Below, piece by piece: positions 12,763-26,130 of a DNA stretch of 64,000 bases. The notes under the pieces were generated by a model. It worked only from the letters and a program-made list of their open reading frames with translations, ran no database searches and was not told the origin of the DNA. The stretch lies in assembly GCA_038496445.1 (NCBI GenBank), contig JALMLS010000561.1:84694-148693 (forward strand). The letters are read 5' to 3'. The translations under genes and the position numbers were made by a program. This DNA is from Trichosphaerium sp. ATCC 40318 (Eukaryota; Protista; Tubulinea). The first letter of the stretch is position 1; the number at the start of each line of letters is the position of its first letter.

Positions 12763-15038
12763 TTATCTGCGAGGTCCATAGAATGGTATGTAATCAATCA
12801 ACCTGAAAGTCTAAGAAAAAAACCATTGAGTAAATACAAGGATAACAAAACAACTTACAGCTCCATTGTTACGTTTAAACACACGAATCATCAAGTCCTT
12901 TAACATCACAGGATAAGGCATATCATCAACGGATACCTTAGATACTACAGGAACTTCACCAGCAATAGTCTTACCAGCTGGGTAATACTTGACCTTCCTC
13001 TTTGGTTTGTTGACATGGCATATATCAACGACTAAAAAAAAAAAGTGTTATTTGAGGTGATACTAAAACGGCGAAAGGAATTGTTGCTGCGTACTGAATC
13101 CTTGCTCAGCAGCTGATTTATATAAAGATACACCAATGTCAGCATCTTTTGAATCCCAATCGTTACTTAGACAGAAGTGTTGTTCCATAAAATGAACCGT
13201 TTTACTCTTGTCATCAAATTTAAGGTTACCAGATAATTGTTTCTTAGCTTTGTCATAACTGAGAACTCCCTACATTAAAAATTAACAACTTCCGAGTATG
13301 CTGTAGTAGTACATACCTTCCAACCATATCTTTTTGTCAATTCGCCCATAGTACCTTGCCAGACAGAAGAAACATCTAAAGAAAGAAAGAAATCAGAATC
13401 AAGAAAATCAAAAGGTATGAATTTTGTTTCGTTCTTTCTTTGTCCTAATGGACAACCTTGTTGTCTATTTAGATGTAATACGTACCGCAAGTGTTCACTG
13501 TGATAGAATCAAAACGAGCGTAAAGAGGTATATCATCGATTTTGGTTTCAGCAAAGACATTGTACATGCCAACTCTGACAGGATTTTTATGTGTTTGTCT
13601 CCTCACTTTGTAATCAAAGTAGTCTGCACCAGCAACATTCAAGTACAACTCCAATAATTTTCCTAAAACAACACACGTGTTAAAATACTAAACTCAAAAA
13701 AATAACACATCCAAGGCGCATAACTACCAAAGGGGCAGATAGTTTGTGGTTTTTTTTGGATTTTTTTTTTCAAAAGAACAAGAATTACAATTGTGTACCT
13801 TGCGAATAAGTATTTTGAGTCTCCAGTATGTGTACATCAACACGTTCACCCTTTTCCCATTCAATCTTAGCAATAAGACCAGGCATACTTGGATGTTTTA
13901 TTGGCAAATACCTGATAGAAAGCGTTAAGTTGAGCATTGTGAAGTGGAATTATTGATTGTTCAATAAACCGTTATTTAAAACGTTACAAAGTGTTCTATG
14001 AAGTGAATTATATGCGTATTAAAAGCCGTACATTGTTTGTTCCTTCATTCCAGGAGCGAATTGAGCGCCAGGCATGTTCAGACCTCTCATTCCACCAAAT
14101 GAGTAAACCCATCCTAGTGATACAGTAATTGTTGGTTTACCTCCTTTGGACTTATATCCTACACTCATATTAATGATTTAGAGCATAACTGGGTGCGTAG
14201 ATGGGTTTATACGAGTTTTGAGACGTTAACGATTATTGGTTTTACCCATGATAGAAAACGTTGCGCTTGCGCGTTTAGTACCTTTTTCAAGCTGCAGATC
14301 GTATGTTTGAAGGACCGAAGGCCATTGTACTTTCTTTGCGTCGATAGTTACTGTAGCAACCTTGTCGTCTATTTTAAATAGGTTTAGCTTTGAAATGGGT
14401 AAAAATAACAATAAAATACCAGCGCTCAGTTTATCGTAGTCGTAGATAGTAATGATGTATTTTGAGGCGGTTCCAAGATGCGGGAAGTGATGATTCCAAA
14501 CAGGATTAAAGTTCTTTGTCACAGTTCCAGTTTTAGTGCTTTTCTCGCCCGCCTAGTTTTCTCATTAGCGCTTTGAACGAGATAACGAGCAGATTTAAAG
14601 TACATCGTCAGTTTTAACTGTAATCTTCGCATACGCGTCTATTTTACCAAAGGTATCGGCTAGAGCGTTTATGTTAGAGAAATTAGATCAACGATTTTTG
14701 TGCCTTTAGGTAAATTATTAGCTTTGTGGAGAAGAAACAACGCTTGTGTTGGAGCAGCCATTGCGATCACTGTATTTTTAGGAATCTACTTGAATTTTTC
14801 ACACAATAAGATTTCGGGTACCCGAACCGGAAAAGGTAAAATCTATTTATTGATGGTGTGGGGAGAAAAAGCACTTCCATCATACTTTCTTTACATTTCC
14901 AGATTTTACACTCCACCCGAACACATTTTGTGCTACACGTTATTGCGTCCTTCGTGTTCCACATCACGTGCCTCAAGTTGTTTAAACTAGACAACACATA
15001 CGCCCAGCAAAAAGACGAACTGGGTTAAAGGCATCCAT
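12763..15038 (-). CDS. C2-domain protein with an uncharacterised, internally repeated C-terminal region
   Basis: C2 motifs ANNLPKADTFGKIDAY, KNFNPVWN, ITIYDYDKLSADDKV; ~12 exons join in frame to ..IPFYGPRR*. Confidence 0.75.
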
Positions 15039-15446
15039 GGATTAGCGTACATGAGGATTTGAAAGGTTTGATACGCTCTGAAATACTGCGCGCTTCCTCA
15101 TTGTATACAGTATGTATCTTGTTTTAACCAGTGCTTGTACATCAGATCTACTCAAGTGTATCTGCACTTATCAAGTCACGCGTTCAAAAAAGCATAAGAA
15201 TGAGTTCAGTTGGTGGCACATGTACATGTTTATAGAAATTAAAAGTAGCTCAACATGACAAGTTTCCGCTTTGTCTACTGGCTATACAAGACTAGTAACT
15301 AAGTAACTGTAATAAAATTTGTTTTATTTACAAGAACTGATGAAACACATGTTTCGAGATGCTTGTTAGGAGATGGAAGTTTTGTCCACTTGAAACACTT
15401 GAGATTCTTATCTTTTTTTTTTGTGTTGTGGTGTTTTGTTTTTTCC

Positions 15447-18400
15447 TCAATCCCATACATCATCTTCTGAATCAGAATCAAAGTCATCCAAGTCATCTAT
15501 TTCTTCAGCATTTCTTACTGACATAAATCGTTTCTAAATTCAAAAAATCACGTGTCAGTTACAGTACTTTTGTAGGCAATCTAGTTTTTTCATAATTTTG
15601 TATTTTTGGAATGAAAGTTTGAATGAATTTTAATGTTTAGAAACGGTTATTGTTAATGACGTACATTTAAGCTACTCAATAAAATGTGTCCAAGATCATC
15701 GCTTGAATTCTTTTTTGCTGTCTGTCTTGGATCTGGTTTTGTCATATCAACACTTGATAGTTGCCTTTTCTTTTTAAACAGCTCTGCACGAAGTACAAAA
15801 GTAGATCGTCTGAAATCTTTTTCTGCCTTCTTTGCTTCATCCGGAGTATGCTCTAAATAACAGTTAAACACATGAAGGATATTAATAAAGCAAGAAAATA
15901 GTACTTGAAAGAGACTTGACGCCATTCATTAGCGCAGCTGCTGAAGGTCGATTTGAATTTTGTGGTTTGTTTGTGATACCATTTGTTGTGTTGCCGTTCG
16001 CCTTGGGCTTTGGCGGATTTGGTGCTTGTGTTGTTATTTCTTGGGAAAGTACAAGAGGTGTTGTAGTTATAGTTGAGTTTCGGTACGTCTTCAGTTGTCT
16101 TGTAGATGAGTCTACTTTTGATTTCAACCGCTCATTTTCAGAACGAAGAATATCCATTTCGTTTTCAAAAAATTCCTATTTTGTCGGCCTTGGTTAGCAA
16201 CGAAGTAGTAGAGCTATCATCATTTAAATACGAACCTGTTGATCTGTAGCTTCTTTTAATTTTGATTTCATACTCTCATTTTCAGTAGCAAGAGACTTGT
16301 TCTTCGCTTGGATCTAGGTTGAAAAATTAGATCAAATCATGTGAGTTGTTTAGTACTTGAGTCTGAGCTTGTTTGCGCTTTTCAAGTTTCTCCTTTTGGT
16401 TAGTTATCTCGCTTTCAAGTTCGCTTAACTATAAGGGTTGTCAGTGTATAGTATTGTAATAGCATAAAATAGCATGTTAGTCGTCACCTTTTTATCCTTT
16501 GATGCTGTTTCATCTTTTGCTTTTTTAAGCATTGTAGAAACTTGTTTATTCTTTTCTACTGCTGCTTTATGATCACGTGATAATTGATTACGTTTAGCAT
16601 TCAACTCTTCAATTTCATTTTGAAGCGTTTCTTTTTCACTTTTCAAAGAATCTAATGCGTCATCTTTACTCTTCAATGCAGCAGCTTGGCTCTTTAAACA
16701 AAAAAAAATAAGCAAATCGTAAACCTTCGATAACTTGCCTTGACTTTATCTTGTGCTGCGTTCAATCCTGATTGTAGGGACGCCCTTGTTTCTTCTGCTC
16801 TAAAAAGGGGTTAGAAGTTACCAGAACTTGAGAGTGTCATACTTTGATTTAAGCTCTTCCATCTCGTGTTGAGTGCTTGATTTTTCTTGGAGAAGTCTGT
16901 TAAGTTTTGAAGTCATCTCAGTTTTGAACGCTTCTTTGCCTTGACTCAGCTACGAAAGATGTTGTGTTAGACCACATGGATCACATCTAACAGATAGTAA
17001 AAGTTCATATCGTACTTGTCTGAACTGTGCTTCCATTTCTGCTTGAAGTTTGCTTCTGTCATCTCTTGCATTGTCATTTTGGATTTTCATTTGTTTGTGA
17101 AGATTACTATTTTCGTCTCTTAGAGCTGATACTTCAACTGAATGCTCCTCTACAAGATCCTTATTCGTCTGTTTTAACACCTCGTTTTGGTTCTAAATCA
17201 TAATTAGGTTAGTTTATATCGTCTAAGAAGCTTCAAGTGCAAAAGTACCTCAGCAAGTGATAGTTGTTTTTGAAGATTAGAATACTTTGATTTCCGCTTT
17301 TCGAGCTCATCTTGCAATGACTCGATATATTGCTATCATGAACGTTATGTCATACTTTAATAGAGTAAGTGGTTACCTCTGCACTTTCTTGCATATCAAC
17401 AAGACTCTGTTCGTTCTCTTCGATTGTATTTTGTTGTGTTTGTACATGTCTCATTAATTCTTTGTTCATGTTACTTTCTTTTCTTAGTTTTGATTCAAGC
17501 TTCTTTATACGATTCTCGTAATTGCTTATATTATATTCCAGACTTGTATTCTCTTCTTGCATATTACTAATCTCTTCTTTCAATAAATTCTGAGCGCGTT
17601 CTTGCTAAAGAAATGTTAAGTTATGTGAGGGTTTTTTTTAATGTGTTCAGGGAATTTACCTGTTTTAATGCTCTTTGTAGTCCTTGTATCTCGCCATTAG
17701 ACTTTGATCGCGCCATTTCTAGGTACAGCTTTTCATTTTCCAATTCAATAATTCGGTTCACTTGCTCTGATATCGTGTGGCTAAAGGCAGAAAAAATTGA
17801 GAAAAAATAGGAATGTATTTTTGTGCCGCACTTCATTTCTGTTTCCTTTTGCCTGTACTGTGTATTAGCAGATTCAAATTCCTCCTCAATCTGTTCTTTA
17901 GCTTTAGCTAATCCTTCAAATAGATCACAAAGCTCTTTAAATTCATGTGTCATCTCTGTGTCTCTGTCTTTCATTCTCTTATTCAAACTTTGTAGTTTCG
18001 ACGTTTGCTCTAATGTCGTACTTAGCAAGGTGATTATCTAATACACTTCACCATACCTTTGTATTTTGTTAATTCCTCCATGAATTCTGTTCTCTCTTTA
18101 GTAGCTGTATTCAGTTTTTCATCCATCGCAGTGATGACACCTCTTGCAGCACCCAAATTGAAGTTACTGTCAACAAGAGACCACACAAACTCTTCGTTAT
18201 AGAATGTATTGGTAGCACTAGGTTTATACTGTTAACGCATGTTTTATATTGTTTATATTATTAACAGTTGGCACGTGCCTTCCCATACTAAGTCGTTTAA
18301 TGTCTATAACAAAAAGTGTAACTGATTTAAATTTTTTTCCAAGTCCGTAATAACCAAGTGTTTTTTTATCATCTAGAAGAAATCCATTTGTTGATCCTAA

Positions 18401-20119
18401 TTTAAAACGACTATCCACAGAATTAGTAAACATAACTGGCGTCAAGTATCTACCTTTCATCCGTGATTCCATATTTTTTCCTCAAAAGAGCAACGACCTA
18501 AGCAAAAGTGTTAAATTTATGATGACTTTGGATTGGTTTTTTTCGTACCTTCTCAACTGATAGTGCTGGGTTCACCTTTTGCAATTTTTGTGCTAGCCCA
18601 TCAAATGCTGGTACAGGAGGTAATACGAAAGTAACAAGATATGACTCTCCTTGACAAACTTGTAAATGAACTGAAAAAGTAATTAGTTTTGTACAAACCT
18701 TTCTTTTTTGCCATTTCCGATTCAGTTTGTTTCACAAAATTCAAGTCCCAGTGAGGCAGGATAGATCCAAATCCGTACTTCCTGAAGTCTATTTGGATGG
18801 TTACTTAAGTTCACGTGATTTTTTTATCACGTACCTGAGCTAGGTTTGAGCCTGTAGTGTCGAAGTGTCTCCAAAGAATAACCAAAAGGTGGACGGAGTT
18901 TACATTTTCGGCAAATATTTCCGATGACCTTACGAGGCACGTGAGTTGTTATATGAATAAATATCGCTCTATATGTTTCTTTAAATGCCTGGGAGTACGT
19001 ACTTGTCCCACAGTACTTGTTGGTTTTATTTTAAACACTCTGGCCTCTCCGAGAAGATTTCGTATTGCTGGAACCTATACAAAGATACAAAGATCACTAT
19101 TTTTGCTCTTATACGCTTCAAAAGTATTATACGTACGCCTGTAAAGTGAAATTTTATCGTTGTCATTTCTTTGCTATCAACAAAAACGCGAGGATCTATA
19201 ATCCAATAAGTACACTAAAGATTTTTTTTTTGGAACATTCTAACCCATCAATGTTTCTTTGTATGTAGTCTCAAGTTCTTTGAGTACTTTCTCGTCTCCC
19301 TGAAACAACTCTTCTTCTGTAAATTTTTGACTGAGACTATTAAACAACTTCATTCTCTCATTCCTTGGCGTTGTAGTTATCTTACGCCCTGAAAGCGAAG
19401 AACTCTGTCAAAAAAAAAATTAGTTAAAGAGGCCAAAAAGAAAACCACAAAAAAGAAATTAGAAAATCGGTTTAAACGAACATGGGTTGATAATTACTTT
19501 TAATAACTTGGTGTGAAGTGTTTCATATGCGTACCCTTGAGCTCCGTGTACTTCTAACCCACTCTGTCTCGTTTTTTAAATTCCCTAGAGCCACTTTCTT
19601 TGAAGACTTTCTGCCGGTTGCCCCGTCATCTAAAACGTAAAAATAAACACGTGATAAACGTGATCATATCAATAATCAATAAATAGAAAATACAATAACT
19701 CCGTACGTAAACGAGGTAAAGACCTACTACGCATCAAGTCATCACGTTTAGATGATATTGAATGACGTTTGCTTTTTCTTTTCTTGAAGGTTGTTCTTAT
19801 ATCATATTTGGTACGTGATCTACGCCTACCATCTATATGCTCCTCTTTTGGTGACCACTTTACACCCTTTTGTTTACTATTCATAGCGTTCATTGCGCTC
19901 GTTTTGGCTTCCTATAACGTACAACTTATTACTGTACACGGTTGTTTTTAACCCGAAGTGGTTTTTACAACAGACATTAAAAATATTACACGTGAGGCTA
20001 AGTGTTGTGTTTTTTTTTTTTTTCGAAACGAAATTAAGACGTACCCATGCTTTAGCTTTCCAAAACGACATTGATTGCTTGTAAGTATCGCCCAGCTTCT
20101 TACCTTTGCTTATAGACAT
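15447..20119 (-). CDS. Large coiled-coil protein with a ubiquitin-like/FERM-F0-like segment and acidic C-terminus
   Basis: About 20 exons; GFLLDDKKTLGYYGL resembles talin-F0-type Ub folds; long E/K/L heptad exons; ends DDLDDFDSDSEDDVWD*; start codon uncertain. Confidence 0.65.
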
Positions 20120-20419
20120 TTTTATAAGCCTATACGCTTATCCACGTGATAAGAACTGAAAGGGAATACAAAAGGGATAAAAGGGGTAGAATAATAAAAA
20201 AAAACCCACGTGGTACGGGTCTTCGTCGGTAATAACCGAAAAGACTGAATGATAAAACTGCACAAGTATTACAGTCTTTAGGAATTCAATAACGAGAAAT
20301 AAAGGCCTTAAAGATTGGCGTGGAAGAGTAAAAACAACTTTTATTTCGGCACGAAAATATATTTATAAAAACAATGTTCAAGCTCGACAATAAACGTTTA
20401 CGCTGTTATACGTAGTTAC

Positions 20420-22600
20420 TTAGTTATCTACTACATTTTGCGCGTATACTTGCATTGCTGCCCATATTTCATCACTTGTAGGTAAGATTTCACTTGCAGG
20501 TAAGTTGAAGCCATAACGACCTTATTACAAACAATTAGTTTTGTAAAGAAAAACCACATAAAATATTATGCATTTCAGCACGTGAGTTTTATCCAAAAAG
20601 GATGGCGATACTGAGCCAGAGTTTGAATTTAAAATCTTGTACCTGTATCTCTCAATTCAAGAGTGTAACTGTATACACCTCCAGCGGCTCCATAACCCCA
20701 ATCGTCAGCTCCACCTTCACAGAAATAAGGCGGATGGAGAAGAAAGGGCAAAAATGATGTTTTCGTGTCAATGTATTTACGTACCAGAAGCAACATATAG
20801 AAGAATTGCAGAGTTACCATAAGTGTATGTTTTTGCTTCTGGTTGCCCTTTGATAGCATTCTATGAAAGTAAATTAGTGAGGAATAAATCAAAAACAAGT
20901 TAAAAAAAAAAGTTTTTTTTTTCCGAAATATCAGGTACGTACAACACAAGCAATAGCGCAAGAACGCATTGCTACATCATCTGCAGGTCTTGTACTAGTA
21001 GTATAACCCCTATTAAAAACATAAGAAAGGAGTATAACAAAAGTAACAGCTCAATATTACCATGGATACAACCAATATTGACCATATGCGTGAACATCAA
21101 CGAAACCAGCAAAGTTTGGAAGTGTGCTAACAAACTTTTGTACATTATCAGTCTCAGGCTCAGAGAAAGGTCCAGTGCCTATCAAAAGCTTAGAAGATCG
21201 AAAAAAAAACGAACTAGAAATTTTATTTTTTTGGTTGAGGTTTTTCGTATGTCGTACCATGGTATGTATCAGAGCTTGGGTTACTGGATGAACCACCAGT
21301 GTTCCAACGATATCCAAAGTTTCTGTTCAAATCAACACCTCTTGCTGTTGTTCCTTGATTAACACGTCTGTTCTTTCTCCATAACCGATTGCTCAATCTG
21401 AAAAAAAAATAAAATGAGATATTGAACATCAATCACGTGATTTTTAATTTCGAAAAGTCTTTTGAAAAAAAGTAAAGCGAAATAAATTAGGGTGGAGCGC
21501 GGAAATTAATACACGTGAGCTTAACAGTCGCTCTTGCGGCTCTGAAAGATTTTTTTTTATATTTTGCATTAAAGTACCTTGAGAACTCAAATCCGTCTGG
21601 GTTGGAAACTGGGAGTATGTACCAATCAATAGAGTCTACTTTACTCTTCAACACAGGGTCAATTTCTGTGTTCTCAAGAATTTGTGTTGCAAGGTAAACT
21701 AAGAAGAACGGTGAGTTGTCAAGGCTTTTTTCAAGTACACAATATTTAAAAGACTTACGAACTGAAGGTGTAGTAATCCACTCTCTTGCATGTATAGTTC
21801 CCTCAACGTATACACTCTTTCTGTTCGATCCTGTACCTTCAATCTTCAAAACAACTAGGTCTCTTCCTACACTTGCATTGAGACTAACGAGCCGACAGTA
21901 ACAAAAAAAAAATCAAACAAAACCTGAAATTTCCATCGCTTTTTGCAGGTCATCTAGGATTTATCCCGTACCTTCGATGGACGTTCCGATTACTTGTGTT
22001 GATGCTCTAGAATATTTTGATGCTAGATCTTCAATGTAGGCAACATTTTCGGCAAAAGAATGATACTGTGTGAAGAACTCTACGTCCTTCAAGCCAAACT
22101 GAGTGACATTTCCCTATTTGATAACACGTCAACAAGCAATCAAAAAACTACGACAAGGTACACCACAGAGGTTTAACGAAGCGTTTGAAGGTAATTAAAG
22201 CGGTAAAACGTGACAAAAAGCTGTAAAACACCAAACTTACTGTGAACGGTTCCATCTCTTTGTTGATATTACTTTGAACATCCTCAACATACACAGAGTG
22301 ATCAATACCAATTTTTCCCATTAATAACTGTTGTTCGGGCGTCAACTACTCTCATTAGCCACATAACACATTCTAACGCATTTACAATGGTGTATTACGT
22401 ACTCTGATATCAATGTGGTTGTCTTTGGAGGCAATCTTCCATACATCCAAGCTCAACTTTTCAGCAATATCCAACAGAATTTGGAACTGTCCGCTTCCAT
22501 TTGGCTCAAAGCGCCATACTTGATGACCAGTAAAATCTTCCTTTGCGAAAGTGACCAATACGCATATTGCGATCAACGCAATATTCAAAACACGTGTCAT
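20420..22600 (-). CDS. Secreted zinc carboxypeptidase, family M14A, with activation propeptide
   Basis: Signal peptide; [38 protein letters not shown] and YTLELRD motifs. Confidence 0.95.
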
Positions 22601-23130
22601 GAGGCGTCACCAATAGAAAAGATCTTTCGAATGAATAAGTAGTAATGTAAAGTCAAGTCACTTTTTTGGCAACAAAGCTACTTCAGGGACGTTTTAATTC
22701 ACTAAAAAGGGTTGGTAGCCAACTGCACATGCCAAGCGCCTTTCGTAGATACAAGAGAAAGCAAAGTACACGTCATCGCTTATTAATTGTTTATTTCTCG
22801 ACACTAGGCTCTGATAGCATCACGTGTAACTTGGTAAAGGTGTCGCAATATGACCGTAAGCGTATACAGTGAATGGAGTGGTGCACGATCCTGTTTTGTA
22901 TTTTTTTCAACCCTGACTTACACGCTGATTCTTGAAGTGTTATTTATCGATTACTATCGCTGTGACATGCGCATATTTAAATATAGTACTGGAATAGTCC
23001 GAGATTATAACGTGGTATCAAGAGCGCTTCGAGATTTAAGTGAACGGAGTTAAGGTCATAACTTTACGTCTACTTATAACCATTATCAATAACAACCAAC
23101 AACAACAACTACCACTACTAAATCAACAAA

Positions 23131-23867
23131 ATGTCTGACTCTGAAAGCGTATGTGTTTACTATCGTACTGACATTTTTTTTCTTTTACTAACACGTGATT
23201 TTAGACAATCAAAATTAAAGGACACTACTTCGGACCTACTGCCATTGGAGGTGTTCAGTCCGACTTAAAATCACTTCAAGAAGAGATAAATAATGCTGAC
23301 ACTATCGTATCTCCTATTGGCTATTGGTACCGTGCAATAAAAAACCGTCACTTGCTTATTCTCTTAGGCCATTTCATATGTTCAAAACAGCAAGTCGTGC
23401 AAAACCAACGCCTTGTTTCATTATGGCCTACGTTCAAAAGGAAGACGAAAGAGTTCAGAATGCTCTTCTTGTCTTGTATGAAGAAAGCAGAGGTACAATT
23501 TGAAGACCTTCTCAACGGTTGGTCCTTATTCTTGCTCAGGACCTATTGGACAACCTAATCACTGTATCCCACTTGTACTTCGTGGAGACAAGCAATGGAC
23601 AATGGGTAAAATCACAAATAAAACTTCTAAAGATCAAGTGAGGCTCTATGCACGTGATCCAGACGGCAAAGGTACTGTCTCTAAAAATACAAAACCTAAA
23701 TCTAATGGTTGTTAGGGACTACACCTTGCTTTGCAGTTGGCAGGAAGAACTTGAATGATTTTGCGAAATTACTAAAACCTTATGTTCGAGTTATTACTAA
23801 GGATAGAAAAAAGAAACTTGGTGTTGCACTTGAGGCTTTTGATGATCCTTCACTTCTTTCCGATTAA
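23131..23867 (+). CDS. Small 5-exon hypothetical protein (~185 aa)
   Basis: MSDSES|TIKIKGHYFGPTAIGG..|..GTTPCFAVGRKNLNDF..PSLLSD*; all GT-AG junctions keep the frame. Confidence 0.65.
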
Positions 23868-24076
23868 TCTTTGTATCAATAAATTGTATATTTTTTTCGA
23901 AAAAGAAAATACATAGCTTACAAGTACTAGTTACTAGCTTTTGTGTCCTTACCTTTAATCCTCAAACTTACTCTTGGAAAAAAAACTAAAGTACAATGTT
24001 GAGAATAGCCATAAGTATCAATAGACCAGTAAGAGGCCAACAGTGTTTTTTAGATAAATAGCAAAATAAAACTTCT

Positions 24077-25100
24077 AATCCTTTTTTTCACAAAAAGATA
24101 GGGCCGAGCAGACATCCTCTCCTTAATAACCCACAGAGCACCCCACTCCATTGACAACGGCGTACACTGGAACACCGGCCAAAGGACACTCGAGACCAAG
24201 TAACTGTACCAGTTCATGCCAGTTTCTCTCAGTCTAACATGATCCTAGATTGATGTTTGTGTTGAGAATCAGGTACGATACCTCGAGGCACTGAATTCTC
24301 TCATCAACTTCAAATCATGTCGTTATTTTCTATTTAGAAAGCGCCAAGAGAACACACACTCCTTTTGCTTTCCATTATCTCATGAATCCAGAAATCCTTT
24401 TGTACCTCCAAGTCTATCCACGAAATAAATTGTGGGATATCACAAAGTTGTAGCATTTGTCGTGCTGTTTAGAGGTTCGTGATTTTGGATTGAATTGCTA
24501 CACGTTGAACCGAGATATTGGAGGTGTAGTGAAAGCAATGACAATGCACATGTAGTAGAGGTAACGGCACCTATCAACATCCAACTTTGGTTTCATTTTG
24601 TTCGTTTTCAAATGAGTAATTTATTAAACACGATTAGAAACGCTAAGACGCTCTAGTGTATGCCTCTAACGCTGTGAAAGCGTTTACTTCAGTTGGATAT
24701 TTAACGGTTAAACTCAAATTCAAAAAAATGGATACCGCTCGAATTCCACCTTACTTTGAACCAGTATTGTTGTAATACTATCGCTTTTATTTCATGTGAA
24801 GCAAGGAAATTTAATTTGTAAGCGGTTAGGTTGAACAGGCTTCTACAACCGTAAACAGGCGTTTTGAAAAGAAAAACATTAAGAACAACGCGTGGAACAG
24901 AGAAATTCGATATAGAAAACAGTTTTTGTAGCGATAGCGAAACGATTTGTAGATCACGTTTTTTTACCGAATTTTACATCAAAACTGTTCAAAATGTTAT
25001 AAATCATATATTTACACTGCTGATGATAACTTGCCGGTGCATTTTGGGTGATACAAACTCAAGTACGTGTAAAATCTCTTTTTGGCTCTCAAATAAGCTC
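24077..25100 (+). repeat. Dispersed ~1 kb repeat, copy A (inverted relative to copy B)
   Basis: 24077-~24760 matches the reverse complement of ~60820-61500 at about 96% by manual alignment; 24760-25100 still aligns but is far more diverged. Confidence 0.95.
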
Positions 25101-25699
25101 AAACACTTCGTGACGCCTGAATAACACTGACGAATTGCTCCAGTTCACTTACGACAGAAGCCATTGTATTTTCACTTAATTCGACTAACGTGATTTTCTC
25201 GTGTCTTTATTGCATAGAATTACGACTGACTGATTCAAGCGTTTACAACCAACTGAGTATCAACGTATGAATGACATATTAGATTCACACGTAGTTTTTT
25301 TGTAGTTGTTACACTTCACGCTTCACGTTGATTGACAGTAACTTCACAGTTAACATCCAGTTAAATTGTTAGTATCATAGAATGAAGGATGTTGTAAAAA
25401 AAAGCACGTGAAAGTAAAAATGCACGAGTTTTCTGTTTAGTTTTTCAATTGCTTACGTACTCTACAACAACTGTCTACCATTCAAAAATTCATCTAGTAT
25501 AATACAGCGTTACTACAGTTATCAAGAAGAAGTTTAAGATGCTACAGCAGTTACAAAGAATTCGTCACCAGCTGTGTTGATGAATGCTCTTTAGAATTCT
25601 AGAACTTACCCGCTTATACCTACGTTTAACCCCTTGTCCGATTACCAATCTTACGATTATTAGAAGTACCTGCCACCTATACACCAGCTACAAAAACAA

Positions 25700-26130
25700 C
25701 AAGCTTACAATTTACTTTCAAGCGACTATGTTTGTTGATAATAAACTGCATGGAGAACGCAACGAATGGCATGCAGTTCGTACACGGTACAACTCGGAGT
25801 TGCAAAAACACGGGGTATGGACATACTGGCGCAGCGACGGAATGAAGATACGATGTACGATGGCCAACGGTAAACGGCATGGTACATGGAAGGAGTGGTT
25901 TGGCGATGGACAACTCAAGGTACAATGTATTATGGTAAAGGGTAAACGACACGGAGAACTAAACGAGTGGTATCCCAATGGACAACCAAAGACGCAATGT
26001 GATATGATCAAAGGTAAACTGAAAGAGTGTGGCACATACTAGGGTCTGACGACGACAACGAGGAAGACAATGTCGTAGAAGGTGAGGAATCGAAAACTGA
26101 ACAAGTTTTTTACAAAGAAAACGTTTTTTG
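25700..26130 (+). pseudogene. Degraded MORN-variant (YwqK-like) repeat gene
   Basis: KRHGTWKEWFGDGQLK and KRHGELNEWYPNGQPK repeats; TAG at 26040 where the earlier repeat has TGG, then a frameshift. Confidence 0.7.

Noticed and set aside
26040-26042. In-frame TAG as evidence of a variant genetic code
   Set aside because: A frameshift follows it, and TAA, TAG and TGA all end intact genes in this window
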